DNA of 64,000 bases, from positions 30,848-94,847 of the forward strand of contig JBMNIW010000009.1 in the NCBI GenBank assembly GCA_050951325.1, written 5' to 3'. This DNA is from Clostridia bacterium. Lineage in GTDB: Bacteria; Bacillota; Clostridia; UBA1212; DUPL01. The notes under the pieces are model-generated. The model did no database searches. It saw nothing but the letters and a program-made list of their open reading frames with translations, and was not told the DNA's origin. Shown here piece after piece: positions 1-9,884 of the stretch (positions within the stretch are counted from its first letter, which is position 1; each line of letters starts with the position of its first letter). Both the position numbers and the translations under genes were made by a program.

Positions 1-257
1 AGTTTGGCGGTTATTAAATACATTGCTATCATAAATAACAGCATCGTCAAATGGGATAAAATGATTCCTACTTCCCAGGTTATTGGTGATTCCTCTCCCG
101 AATTACCAAACTTAATCAACAAAACATCAATCAGACTCATGATCATGGAGATTATCGAAAGATAATAAATTCTGTTAATATTCTGTACCAGGCTTTCTTC
201 AATTACCGTGTTGTATGATGCGTACAATTCTCTAGCTCTTCTACCAATTTTCTTCAT
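1..257 (-). CDS. Membrane protein, N-terminal part (runs off window start)
   Basis: Hand translation from ATG at 257: MKKIGRRARELYASYNTVIEESLVQNINRIYYLSIISMIMSLIDVLLIKFG...WEVGIILSHLTMLLFMIAMYLITAK, open to position 1; two hydrophobic segments; not in ORF track. Confidence 0.65.
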   Translation of the reverse strand, partial: MKKIGRRARELYASYNTVIEESLVQNINRIYYLSIISMIMSLIDVLLIKFGNSGEESPITWEVGIILSHLTMLLFMIAMYLITAK

Positions 258-477
258 CTATATCACCATTTTTCTTTTATCTAATTAGCTCATATTACCA
301 TATAGAAATAATAATGTCATTAGATTATTAGTGCTAAGAGGGAGCATGCCCCGCAAACAACAATATAATAAACCATATGCATTTGTTATAATCAATAAGT
401 CAAGAAATTTAGCAAAACAAAGATATTTAAAGCAAGACAGAGGAAAACAAAGATATATGACAGCATTGAGCTTTAAA

Positions 478-494
478 GGTCAAATATGGTCAAA
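478..494 (+). promoter_or_regulatory. CtsR operator upstream of hsp20 promoter
   Basis: GGTCAAA-TAT-GGTCAAA matches the CtsR heptad repeat RGTCAAA-NAN-RGTCAAA. Confidence 0.85.
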
Positions 495-502
495 TTTTAA
501 AC

Positions 503-531
503 TTGCGTTAGTAAGAATGACCTACTATAAT
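503..531 (+). promoter_or_regulatory. sigmaA promoter of hsp20 pair
   Basis: TTGCGT (503-508), 17 bp spacer, TATAAT (526-531). Confidence 0.8.
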
Positions 532-545
532 AAAGTCAGACCAAA

Positions 546-562
546 GGTCAAAGAAAGTCAAA
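546..562 (+). promoter_or_regulatory. Second CtsR operator downstream of the -10
   Basis: GGTCAAA-GAA-AGTCAAA; additional half-site AGTCAGA at 534-540. Confidence 0.85.
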
Positions 563-584
563 GACAAATAGGAGGTAATAAAGA

Positions 585-983
585 ATGTTAGGTTTGGAAT
601 TAATCCGTAAGAATATATTTGAAGACCCCTTCTTCTCAGACTTCTTCAGATTTGAGGAATGCGACAGTGAATTGAAGGTGGACATAGTTGACAATGAAAA
701 AGATTATACCTTGTACGCCGACATACCTGGCGTTGACAAGAAAGATGTGGACCTTAAGATCTCCAATGATGGAGTACTCATAATTGAAGTAAATCAGAAG
801 GAAGACAACGGCAGAAAGTTTCTTAGAAAGGAACGGACTGTCAGAAAACTGAAAAGAAGTTTTGCATTTGATGGAATCAAAACTGATGGTGTGGAAGCAT
901 CAGTGGAGAATGGAGTCTTGACTGCCAAACTTCCCAAAGTTGATATTAGCGTCAACAATGAGAGAAACATAGAAATAAAATAG
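585..983 (+). CDS. Small heat-shock protein, Hsp20/alpha-crystallin family
   Basis: VDI..ADIPGVDK..RKER..RSF..NGVLT..LPK motifs; RBS GGAGG. Confidence 0.93.
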   Translation: MLGLELIRKNIFEDPFFSDFFRFEECDSELKVDIVDNEKDYTLYADIPGVDKKDVDLKISNDGVLIIEVNQKEDNGRKFLRKERTVRKLKRSFAFDGIKTDGVEASVENGVLTAKLPKVDISVNNERNIEIK

Positions 984-1032
984 CGAGATATAATATGAAT
1001 AATAAACAAAAGATTTAAAGGAGGAATGCATT

Positions 1033-1452
1033 ATGAGTTTGATACCTTTCAGAAACCATAGATTGACAAATTTTGAGCCATTCTTTGATTCATTTATGAA
1101 ACCTTTCTTTAGCGATGGATTCTTCTCAAATGACATGAGAATCGACATCGCAGAGAATGAGAAAGAGTATGTTTTGAAAGCTGAATTGCCAGGAGTTGAC
1201 CAGAAAGACATAGACATCCTCGTCAGGGACAACGTCTTGACAATATCAGCCAAGAGAAATGAGGAAAAAAACGAACAGCGCGGCAATTACATTAGAAAGG
1301 AAAGATTCTCAGGAACCGTAGCAAGAAGCTTTACCCTGGATGGCATCGACGATTCAAATATCGAAGCTTCCTTTGACAAGGGAATACTTACCCTTACACT
1401 GCCAAAACACGAAGAAAGCAATCCATCATTTAGACGAATTGAACTTAAATAA
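1033..1452 (+). CDS. Small heat-shock protein, Hsp20/Hsp18 family
   Basis: MRIDIAE..AELPGVDQKDI..YIRKER..RSF..GILTLTLPK. Confidence 0.95.
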   Translation: MSLIPFRNHRLTNFEPFFDSFMKPFFSDGFFSNDMRIDIAENEKEYVLKAELPGVDQKDIDILVRDNVLTISAKRNEEKNEQRGNYIRKERFSGTVARSFTLDGIDDSNIEASFDKGILTLTLPKHEESNPSFRRIELK

Positions 1453-1480
1453 AGCGGCGGCCAGAAATGGCCGCTTCTTT
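1452..1480. terminator. Intrinsic terminator between convergent hsp20 and pyrE
   Basis: GCGGCCA-GAAA-TGGCCGC stem followed by TTCTTTT. Confidence 0.75.
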
Positions 1481-2285
1481 AGTTATAATATCCTTTTTCA
1501 ATACACAACAAAGCCCTTTGTCTTGTTCTTTCATCACTGTTTAAAGCTTTGTCAAGAAAATCAGGATTGTTTTTAATAAATCTTTTCATTGAATCATCCG
1601 GATCTTCAATGTATTCAAGAATCATATGGTACTGTTTTTCGTCAACAAGCCTTTTCTCATATAACTCTCTCATCATATATCCATCCACACTAACAAGCGA
1701 ATGAACATTTACACCCTTTTCCCTTAACAGAGCGTTGCCGCCTTGATTTCTATTTACACAAACAACCGTGTCCGTCATCTGTATACCCATCCCTTCCAGA
1801 ACAGGAATCCAGGACCTTTCATAGCTTGAACCTTCCGTAATCAAATCCGCCACATGCAGACACTTTCCCCCATTAACAGCAGGAAAGGACGTGTTATCCT
1901 TGAAAAGATAAATATGTTTCTTGTTTAATAGAAAAGCACACATTATTGAAAAGAACCAGTCTCTTCTTTCTCCACCTGAAACATATGATATGCCATCCAC
2001 ATCCACATTCTTCTTAATTAAACCAACTAGAGTATCAATGGTTTTCCTATAAACTCCATTTTCTTCATACTGCTTTTTAACCCTGTCCTCAAGCATTTTG
2101 ATTAAAGATCTTCTGTCATTCTTTAAAGAATCAATATCAGTCAGTAGCTTTCCGGCACTTTCTTCGCTTCCAAACAAATAATGGGTGTTGATATAAAATG
2201 GGCCAATCTTTCCTGACGTGTACCAAAAAGGGCTGTTCCCAGACGAAACCTTAAAAGCATTCGTTTTCATCAAAAGTTCAAGCAT
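1479..2285 (-). CDS. pyrE: Orotate phosphoribosyltransferase (long clostridial type)
   Basis: FWYTSGKIGPFYIN and PRPP-loop-like VADLITEGSS; last gene of pyr operon. Confidence 0.8.
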   Translation of the reverse strand: MLELLMKTNAFKVSSGNSPFWYTSGKIGPFYINTHYLFGSEESAGKLLTDIDSLKNDRRSLIKMLEDRVKKQYEENGVYRKTIDTLVGLIKKNVDVDGISYVSGGERRDWFFSIMCAFLLNKKHIYLFKDNTSFPAVNGGKCLHVADLITEGSSYERSWIPVLEGMGIQMTDTVVCVNRNQGGNALLREKGVNVHSLVSVDGYMMRELYEKRLVDEKQYHMILEYIEDPDDSMKRFIKNNPDFLDKALNSDERTRQRALLCIEKGYYN

Positions 2286-2299
2286 ACAAATCTCCTTCC

Positions 2300-3196
2300 T
2301 TAATTAAGCTCTAGGCAACCAACAAGCTCGCAGATATCCTTGACATTTGCCTTCTTCATGTATTCTTCAATTCCATCAATAACTTTAATGCATGCAAGAG
2401 GATCAACAAAACTAGCAGTACCGACCATTACACAGGAAGCCCCCGCAATTATAAATTCCACTGCATCCTCTCCCGTTTCAATTCCACCCATTCCTATAAC
2501 AGGAATATTGACATTCCTGTATACCTCATGCACCATCCTTACTGCAACGGGCTTTACACAGGGACCCGACAATCCACCTGTGTTGTTGGCAAGAATAGGT
2601 CTTCTTTTGTAAATGTCAATTGCCATGCCCAAAAGAGTATTTATAAGGCTAACACCATCGGCACCGCCTGCTTCAGCGGCCTTAGCTGTGTCAACAATAG
2701 AAGTTACATTCGGGGTTAACTTTACAAACAACGGCTTATCAAATCTATCCTTCACACTTCTTGTAAGCTTTTCGAGAAGCTGGGGATCCTGTCCAAAAAC
2801 CACCCCTTCCTTGACATTGGGACAGGATACATTTAGCTCGATTGCATCCACATCTGCCTCATTCAATATCTCCGCCATCTGCTCATAGTCTGAAAAAGAA
2901 TTTCCGGCAATATTTGCAATAATTTTTGTATCATACTGTCTTAGAAAAGGTATTTCCGTCCTTACAAACTCATGTACACCCGGATTCTGAAGTCCCACAC
3001 TATTAAGTATGCCTGAAGGCGTTTCGCATATCCTGGGAGTTTTGTTCCCCATTCTAGGCTCCAGGGTAAGACCTTTTACTGAAATGCCTCCAAGACGGCC
3101 AAGATCATAATATTCTGAAAATTCCCTTCCAAATCCAAAAGTACCGGATGCGGCAATGACCGGATTTTTCAGTTCAAGTCCACCAACATTAATCAT
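2300..3196 (-). CDS. pyrD: Dihydroorotate dehydrogenase class 1B catalytic subunit
   Basis: KNPVIAASGTFG, ELNVSCPNV, VKLTPN, GGLSGP; start moved to ATG 3196 behind RBS GAGGTG. Confidence 0.96.
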   Translation of the reverse strand: MINVGGLELKNPVIAASGTFGFGREFSEYYDLGRLGGISVKGLTLEPRMGNKTPRICETPSGILNSVGLQNPGVHEFVRTEIPFLRQYDTKIIANIAGNSFSDYEQMAEILNEADVDAIELNVSCPNVKEGVVFGQDPQLLEKLTRSVKDRFDKPLFVKLTPNVTSIVDTAKAAEAGGADGVSLINTLLGMAIDIYKRRPILANNTGGLSGPCVKPVAVRMVHEVYRNVNIPVIGMGGIETGEDAVEFIIAGASCVMVGTASFVDPLACIKVIDGIEEYMKKANVKDICELVGCLELN

Positions 3197-3950
3197 AGTA
3201 CACCTCATTTGCCCACATTACAGGTCCATCCTTGCAAACCCTCTTGTTTTGCAGAACCTTGTCCTTCTTTACTTCACATACACATACAAGACATGCGCCA
3301 ATACCGCAGCCCATTCTCTCTTCCAAAGAAACCTGACAAGGAATTTCGTGTTTTTTACATATCTCATACACCTTTTTCATCATCTTCTCAGGACCGCAGG
3401 TATATACAATATCGAACCTGTGTTCCTCAAGATGCTTTTCAAGGGCAGTGGTTACAAAACCTCTTACACCATAACTTCCATCGTCACAAGCAATGACAAG
3501 ATTGTCACAGAGATTCGCAAATTCATTTTCAAGCACCACCTTGTCCTTGCACAAAAAGCCCAATACCGCATCTTTTCTTAAGCTTTCACTTTTATTCAAA
3601 AGATACAGAAGTGGAAAAACTCCAATTCCTCCACCTACAACACAAATTCTGTCATATCCAATATCAAAGCCGTTTCCAAGAGGTCCCAAAACATCTATAT
3701 TGTCTCCACGTTCAACCTTTGAAAGTGCCTTTGTACCTTTGCCCCTTGCCTCAAATGCAATTTTAAGAATACCATCTTTGAAGTCACATACGCTAAAGGG
3801 TCTTCTGAGATAACCATCGTCACATTTGACATGGAAAAACTGTCCCGGCTTTATTGCCTCCCTTATGTTGGATGCTTCCAGTTCCAAAAGCCATATGGTA
3901 TCTGTTAGTCTTTTCAGTTCTTCAACTCTGCACAAATAATTTGTTTTCAT
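3189..3950 (-). CDS. pyrK: Dihydroorotate dehydrogenase electron-transfer subunit
   Basis: LRRPFS, GPLGNGF, CGP, EERMGCGIGACLVC..CKDGPV. Confidence 0.95.
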   Translation of the reverse strand: MKTNYLCRVEELKRLTDTIWLLELEASNIREAIKPGQFFHVKCDDGYLRRPFSVCDFKDGILKIAFEARGKGTKALSKVERGDNIDVLGPLGNGFDIGYDRICVVGGGIGVFPLLYLLNKSESLRKDAVLGFLCKDKVVLENEFANLCDNLVIACDDGSYGVRGFVTTALEKHLEEHRFDIVYTCGPEKMMKKVYEICKKHEIPCQVSLEERMGCGIGACLVCVCEVKKDKVLQNKRVCKDGPVMWANEVYYD

Positions 3951-4864
3951 TTCTGCCTCTTTTCCAGTTCCATATTTATCTCATCCCTCATGTATACCGC
4001 CTCTGCCCTGGCAGCGTCAGCATACGCATCTTCGTCATACGCTCCACTCCATCTGTCGGATTTGTATGCGTAAAGTATGCTTCTTGAGGCATTTACAACC
4101 GCTCCCAGGCCGTCGTCATTAAAGTTGACTACAACACTCTTTGCATTTCCTCCCTGTGCTCCATAGCCAGGTACAAGAATAATACTGCGAGGAATAATCT
4201 TTCTTATTCTCTCCGCCTGTTCGGGATATGTTGCCCCCACAACAGCACCAACAGAAGAGTAACCACTGTCCCCTACCAAATCGCTGCCCCACTTGTCAAC
4301 AAGCTCCGCCACCTTCTCATATATTGTCCTGCCACCTTCCACAATCAGATCCTGCAGCTCTCCAGAAGAAGGATTGGAGGTCTTCACCAGGATGAATATA
4401 CCTTTGCTATTTTGTTTGCACATTTCAACAAAAGGTTGTATGCCGTTCCAACCCAGGTATGGGTTTACGGTCAGCGCATCACAGTCAAAGGCCAGGTCCG
4501 AAGCATCACCTTTTGAAAGATAAGCTTTTGCGTAAGCCAGCGAAGTGGAACCTATGTCATTCCGCTTGCCATCTGCAATAACAAGCAGCCCCTTCTTGCG
4601 AGCATACTCAACCGTTGCCTTGAAAGCTATAAGGCCGTTAATACCATACTGCTCATAGTATGCCAGCTGTGGTTTCACACAAACAACCACGTCATGAATC
4701 GCATCTATAATTGCCTTGTTGAAAGCAAAGATTGCAGCACCTTTGCTTTTGAACCTAACTTTTACCCCTTCCGGGATACTTTCCCAAATTGGGTCTAGTC
4801 CGCATACAACATAACTCTCCTTGTTTTTTATCTCTTCAATAAGTTTGTCGGCAAAATTTTTCAT
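3947..4864 (-). CDS. pyrF: Orotidine-5'-phosphate decarboxylase
   Basis: GLDP, KPQ, DGKRNDIGST, TSNP, GAVVGAT, PGYGAQG, NASR. Confidence 0.96.
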   Translation of the reverse strand: MKNFADKLIEEIKNKESYVVCGLDPIWESIPEGVKVRFKSKGAAIFAFNKAIIDAIHDVVVCVKPQLAYYEQYGINGLIAFKATVEYARKKGLLVIADGKRNDIGSTSLAYAKAYLSKGDASDLAFDCDALTVNPYLGWNGIQPFVEMCKQNSKGIFILVKTSNPSSGELQDLIVEGGRTIYEKVAELVDKWGSDLVGDSGYSSVGAVVGATYPEQAERIRKIIPRSIILVPGYGAQGGNAKSVVVNFNDDGLGAVVNASRSILYAYKSDRWSGAYDEDAYADAARAEAVYMRDEINMELEKRQK

Positions 4865-4868
4865 TTCA

Positions 4869-6094
4869 TCACCCTTTAACCTTGTAGCTAGTATAAACTA
4901 TTCGTCCATCCACAACAGTATACATGACCTCTCCAAACAGTTCAAATCCACCAAAAGGAGAGTTCTTACCCTTTGACACAAACCTTCTCAGGCTCCACCA
5001 CGTATTTTACGTCCGGGTCGAAGATTGTTAGATTCAAACCTTCATCCTTCGATCTTTAATATCTCAAGGGGCTTTATACTCATCTTTTCAACAAGCTCAC
5101 CAAGACTCAGGTGTCCTGCCTTGACCAGATAAGTAAAAGAAAGACCAAACGCAGTTTCAAAACCCGATATGCCATTTGCAGCAAGCTGGAACTCTATCTT
5201 CTTCTCATCCTCGTGATGAGGAGCATGGTCTGTTGCAATAGCATCTATCGTACCATCCTTCAGACCTTCAATAATTGCTTTCACATCCTCTTTTTCCCTG
5301 AGAGGAGGATTGACTTTTGCATACGTGTTGAATCCATAAACTGCCTCATCAGTAAGAGTAAAATAGTGGGGGCAGGTTTCACAGGTAACCTTTACACCTC
5401 TTTTTTTGGCATCCCTTATCATATGAACTGCAAGACGCGTGCTGACATGCGCTATGTGTACGGGCAGACCCGTATACTCCGCCAGAATGATTTCTCGTGC
5501 CACCATTGCCTCTTCAGCAGCCTTTGGTATACCTCTCAACCCCAATACCGTAGAGACAAACCCTTCATTCATGCTTCCGTCTTCCGCAAGATCCTTGTCC
5601 TCACAGTGAGAAATGACAGGCATGCCAAAACTGTGGGCGTAAATCATGGCCTTCTTCATCAATGACGAAGACATTACAGGATTGCCATCATCACTTATGG
5701 CTACCGCCCCGTGGGCTTTCATATCCCCTATTTCAGCTAGTTCCTTCCCTTCAAGATTCTTTGAAATTGCTCCAATTGGATACACCTTCACAGACTTCAG
5801 GCTTTCCGCTTTTTCTCTGATATATGAAACTACAGCTGAATTATCAATTACCGGTTTTGTGTTCGGCATGCATGCAATCTTTACAAATCCACCTTTTGCA
5901 GCTGCTTTGACACCACTTGCAATGTCTTCCTTGTACTCATAGCCCGGATCCCTTAAATGGCAGTGCATGTCCACAAGCCCGGGTATCGCCACAAGATTTT
6001 TGGCATCCACAATTTTGTCGCTGCCGTCATCAAGATGTATGTCCATTACCTTGTCTTCATTTACTGATACGTATCGTATATTCTTAAATACCAT
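4869..6094 (-). CDS. pyrC: Dihydroorotase with two +1 frameshifts near the C-terminus (about 407 aa if repaired)
   Basis: DMHCHLRDPG, MPNT, HIAHVS, KVNPPLR, ATDHAPH; conserved tail (LTIFDPD..FVSKGKNSPF..V.YTVVDGRIVY) continues in shifted frames after about 5047 and 4983 to TGA at 4869. Confidence 0.9.
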
Positions 6095-6105
6095 GTCACA
6101 CCTCT

Positions 6106-7008
6106 TTATCTAGTAAGGATATACAAAATTGCCATTCTAACGGCAACTCCGCTAGTTACCTGCTCCTCGATTACCGATGAATCTCCGTCAATCAGCATGG
6201 AAGTCATTTCAACTCCCCTGTTGACAGGACCAGGATGCATTATCAAGCAGTCCTTTGCTGCATATGACAAAGTTTCCTCATTCACACTAAAGAATTTGCT
6301 GTATTCACGAATCGTAGGAAAAAGACCGCTTTTCTGTCTCTCCAATTGAATTCTAAGACCCATAATCACATCTGCATCCTTGACCGCATGCTTGATATTT
6401 GGTTCGACCCTTGCGCCCATATCCTCAATAGCCACAGGCATCATTGTGGCAGGTCCGTTCACTACCACTTCAGCACCCATCTTTGTCAATCCCCAGATGT
6501 TGCTCCTTGCAACTCTTGAATGCAAAACGTCACCTGTAACAACCACCTTCAAACCGTGCAATGTCCCTTTGTGCCTGAGCATTGTGTACATGTCAAGCAA
6601 TGCCTGGGTGGGATGTTCATTCATTCCATCTCCGGCATTCACTATGCTGCATTTTAAATGTTTTGCCAACAAGTGGGGAGCTCCTGCCATCGGATGCCTG
6701 ATAATTATTACGTCCGTTCCCATTCGTTGAATGGTCCTGCCTGTATCAAGGAGAGTTTCTCCTTTTGCAACACTGCTTGCCGATGCTGCAATGTTTGCAG
6801 ATGCGCTGGATAGATATTTCGATGCCAATTCAAAAGAAAGCCTGGTTCTTGTACTGTTTTCATAGAAAAGAGTAACTATGGATTTTCCATTCAAATGAGG
6901 TGCCTTCTTAATGTTCGAATCAAGAATTACCTGCATGCCTCTTGCCGTTTCCAAAATGTTTTCAATCTCTTCTTTGGATGTATCTTTCAAACCTAACAAA
7001 TGCTTCAT
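6106..7008 (-). CDS. pyrB: Aspartate carbamoyltransferase catalytic subunit
   Basis: FYENSTRTRLSF, NAGDG..HPTQALLD, RIQLER, HPGP. Confidence 0.97.
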   Translation of the reverse strand: MKHLLGLKDTSKEEIENILETARGMQVILDSNIKKAPHLNGKSIVTLFYENSTRTRLSFELASKYLSSASANIAASASSVAKGETLLDTGRTIQRMGTDVIIIRHPMAGAPHLLAKHLKCSIVNAGDGMNEHPTQALLDMYTMLRHKGTLHGLKVVVTGDVLHSRVARSNIWGLTKMGAEVVVNGPATMMPVAIEDMGARVEPNIKHAVKDADVIMGLRIQLERQKSGLFPTIREYSKFFSVNEETLSYAAKDCLIMHPGPVNRGVEMTSMLIDGDSSVIEEQVTSGVAVRMAILYILTR

Positions 7009-7010
7009 AA

Positions 7011-7544
7011 CTAACCCTCGTTTATCGTTACTTTGTCAATACTGTCAATTTCCACCACCTGCACCGAGACCAGTTCTGACTTGCTGGTAGGAATGTTCTT
7101 TCCAACATAATCAGGTCTGAAAGGAAGTTCCCTGTGACCTCTGTCTATCAAGACCGCAAGCTGTACCATCTGAGGTCTTCCCAAATCAAACAGGCACTCA
7201 ATTGCCGCCCGTACCGTCCTGCCTGTGTAGATTACATCATCCACCAGGACGATTTTCTTTCCTTCAATCTGAAACCCAATATCAGTTCCATTGATTACAG
7301 GATGTGCAGCCAACAAACTAAGATCATCCCTGTAGAATGTAATATCAAGAACGCCAAGCGGCACTTTTACATTCTCAATCTCCTCAATCTTTTGAGCTAT
7401 TCTTTTTGCCAAAGGAACGCCTCTTCTCTGTATTCCAATCAGAGCAACATCCTCAACACCCTTGTTCTTCTCAACAATTTCATGGGCAATTCTGGTAAGA
7501 GCTCTGTTCATGGCGTCCTTGTCCATTATCAATGCCTTTTCCAT
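7011..7544 (-). CDS. pyrR: Pyrimidine operon regulator / uracil phosphoribosyltransferase
   Basis: [40 protein letters not shown]. Confidence 0.97.
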   Translation of the reverse strand: MEKALIMDKDAMNRALTRIAHEIVEKNKGVEDVALIGIQRRGVPLAKRIAQKIEEIENVKVPLGVLDITFYRDDLSLLAAHPVINGTDIGFQIEGKKIVLVDDVIYTGRTVRAAIECLFDLGRPQMVQLAVLIDRGHRELPFRPDYVGKNIPTSKSELVSVQVVEIDSIDKVTINEG

Positions 7545-7568
7545 AAGTCATCCTTTCCGCAAATTTGC

Positions 7569-7668
7569 AAAAAAAATTGTTCCGTACCTGGAGAGAGGGC
7601 ACGAAACAATCATAATAATCCCATAATTATGTCGTTACCTTACCCGTCTCTCTGGACCAGTTTAAAGG
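7569..7668 (-). promoter_or_regulatory. PyrR-binding transcription attenuator
   Basis: Leader has CCUUUAA-ACU-GGUCCAGAGAGAC-GGGUAAGG (PyrR loop, 7668-7638), then hairpin AUUGUUUCGUGCC..GGUACGGAACAAU with U-run; terminator loop CUCUCU can pair with AGAGAG. Confidence 0.85.
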
Positions 7669-7677
7669 TACACCTAT

Positions 7678-7705
7678 ATTATATCCAATTCCTGATATTA
7701 ATCAA
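7678..7705 (-). promoter_or_regulatory. sigmaA promoter of pyr operon
   Basis: TTGATT, 16 bp, TATAAT just upstream of the attenuator. Confidence 0.7.
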
Positions 7706-7784
7706 TATGTTTTTTCAAACACTACAACCTTAACTTCTTCATCCAACTTCCATACCCATTGTTGGAAGCAACACTTATCCTTCA

Positions 7785-9884
7785 TTAACATCGCAAGTCG
7801 TCAATATAATCTGTAATGAATTCCTTCCTCGTCAAGACATCGGGCAAATACTTTCTTAGCTTTCCACCCAAGTTATAAACATTTACATGAAAGTCATACT
7901 TGTCTGGTTTATTTTTCACAATCTCCCTTATAACAGCTCTTACATCCTTTGCATAACTGTCTGGTATTGAAATATATATTGGTACAAAGCTTGCATAACA
8001 AATCTCATTTCGATACCCATGCATCTTTAAAGCATGGGAAAAATACATAATTTCTTTTGTACCAAGCTTCGGCACAAACAAACACTTGTCTCCTGTTTGA
8101 ACCACATCGTCTTTAATACTTATAGCTGCAAACATATTCCGTGATGAAACCAGTCTGTCCAAGGCCCTTTTGCCGAGATATCCATAAGTTTTATCCGATG
8201 ATAATACCTCAAACACCTTTTCTACCAGCTTCGTTGGGACTATCAACCTAATGTATGATTTGTATTTGCTTTCCGCATGCTCATCATAAGGTTTTACATA
8301 AATAACATGCGAATTCTTGTCAATTGAAACAACCTGCCAAGCTCTCCCTGCAAGGGAGAAGGTTTCTTCCTCTTCGTAAGGAACCATAACCTGTCCAATC
8401 TCCCTGTTCTCATAAATCACAGAATACTCTATAGAAGTTTCAAATACGGAAAAGAAATCATAATTGGATACAATAGCTTCTCCAAGGGGACCTACATGCA
8501 GGAATCCCTCTTCCGTTCTTTCCAAAAGCCCGTCTTCGAGCATTTTTAAAAGCAGTAGTCTGTAATCTTCCTGGGAGATGTTTCTGAAGGGACTCAGTGT
8601 CAGAATATATTCTGCAAGTTTTGCTACCCTTGTCTCATGTACGGAAGCAACATGGCTAAGCGTCTGATGAAGAAGGATTTCGTATGGATATTTTCCTGGG
8701 ACTACAGCCTCTATCCACCTTTCGTTTAAATATAGCTCAATAATTGCTATGCATTTTACAAGCTCCCAATCTATCTTGTCTATAGGCATGTTGCCATAGC
8801 CTGGTTTCTCCCTAAAAGTAAAATACATGACTCCTACACCGCTTTTTCGACCGCTTCTTCCAAGTCTTTGAACAAAGGAGGATACACTTAGCGGTGCACC
8901 TGTTTGAACAATCATCTCCAAATCTCCCACGTCAATACCAAGTTCCAGAGTCAGAGTAGCTCCAACCACCGTCTTTACCTCTTCCATCTTCATGGCCGTC
9001 TCCGCTTCCTCCCTCATGGATTTTGATATGTTGCCATGGTGAACCTTGTATACATCCATTGTCCCCATCTCTTTGGCAATTCTCCTCAGACTAGCAATGT
9101 TTTCTTCCACTTCTGCCTTGCTGTTTGAGAATATTATGCATTGCCTGTTCAATGTCCTTTTGTACAAATCCATAAAGAACTCCTCTTCCTTTTGGAAATC
9201 CACAAAAAGCTTAAGCCTTCTTCCCTTTTCCTCAATCATGGGAACCTGACACGCTCTGTGTGTTCCAGCACATAAAAACTTTTTGGCGTATGTGTAATCT
9301 CCCAAAGTGGCTGACAATCCTATGCGTATGGGTATTCTGTTTATGCTTCTTTGAATTCTTTCAAGGATGCAAAGGAGCTGAATCCCCCTGCCACTTCCCA
9401 TGAAGGTATGAACCTCATCAATGATAATGTATCTTAAATCAGAAAACAGATACTTTATTTCATGCTGTCTCAATACAAGCATTGCCTCTAGCGACTCGGG
9501 TGTTGTCTGCAGTATTCCTTCAGGTTCTCTTCTCAGTCTTTCTTTGCCACTTGACGAAGCATCTCCGTGCCACTTGGTAACAGGGATATTTGCCTCCTTC
9601 AGCAAATCAATCAGTCTTTCAAACTGATCATTAATCAGAGCCTTTAACGGACTTATATACAATACCGAAACGGAATCAATTTTTTCCTTGTATATCTTTG
9701 AAATAACGGGCAAAAAGGCAGCCTCCGTCTTCCCGGAGGCCGTGCCCGATGCCAATAGCAGATTGTCTTGTGTGTTGAAAATACATTCACAAGCAGCAAT
9801 CTGTATGTCTCTCAGTTCCTTCCATTTGCTTTTGTATATATACTCCTGTATGAAAGGAGCAAGCTTTTTAAAGGCATTATTCAT
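7785..9884 (-). CDS. Lhr-like DEAD/DEAH helicase, Shango SngC-like
   Basis: LRDIQ, GTASGKTEAA, ISPLKALINDQ, TPESLE, DEVH, LSAT, HHG, TLELGIDVG, QRLGRSGR; ATGA overlap with upstream ATPase. Confidence 0.88.
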   Translation of the reverse strand: MNNAFKKLAPFIQEYIYKSKWKELRDIQIAACECIFNTQDNLLLASGTASGKTEAAFLPVISKIYKEKIDSVSVLYISPLKALINDQFERLIDLLKEANIPVTKWHGDASSSGKERLRREPEGILQTTPESLEAMLVLRQHEIKYLFSDLRYIIIDEVHTFMGSGRGIQLLCILERIQRSINRIPIRIGLSATLGDYTYAKKFLCAGTHRACQVPMIEEKGRRLKLFVDFQKEEEFFMDLYKRTLNRQCIIFSNSKAEVEENIASLRRIAKEMGTMDVYKVHHGNISKSMREEAETAMKMEEVKTVVGATLTLELGIDVGDLEMIVQTGAPLSVSSFVQRLGRSGRKSGVGVMYFTFREKPGYGNMPIDKIDWELVKCIAIIELYLNERWIEAVVPGKYPYEILLHQTLSHVASVHETRVAKLAEYILTLSPFRNISQEDYRLLLLKMLEDGLLERTEEGFLHVGPLGEAIVSNYDFFSVFETSIEYSVIYENREIGQVMVPYEEEETFSLAGRAWQVVSIDKNSHVIYVKPYDEHAESKYKSYIRLIVPTKLVEKVFEVLSSDKTYGYLGKRALDRLVSSRNMFAAISIKDDVVQTGDKCLFVPKLGTKEIMYFSHALKMHGYRNEICYASFVPIYISIPDSYAKDVRAVIREIVKNKPDKYDFHVNVYNLGGKLRKYLPDVLTRKEFITDYIDDLRC

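Noticed and set aside
328-338. TAGTGCTAA resembling a CIRCE half-site
   Set aside because: No matching TTAGCACTC arm 9 bp upstream
411-465. Imperfect repeat AAAACAAAGATAT at 30-bp spacing
   Set aside because: Only two AT-rich copies with no spacer structure; not a CRISPR or iteron array
331-591. 86-aa ORF upstream of hsp20
   Set aside because: Runs through the promoter and CtsR boxes, has no RBS or recognisable motif; likely spurious
5042-5050. TGA in pyrC as selenocysteine or read-through
   Set aside because: The conserved C-terminus continues in a different frame, so it is an indel and not stop recoding
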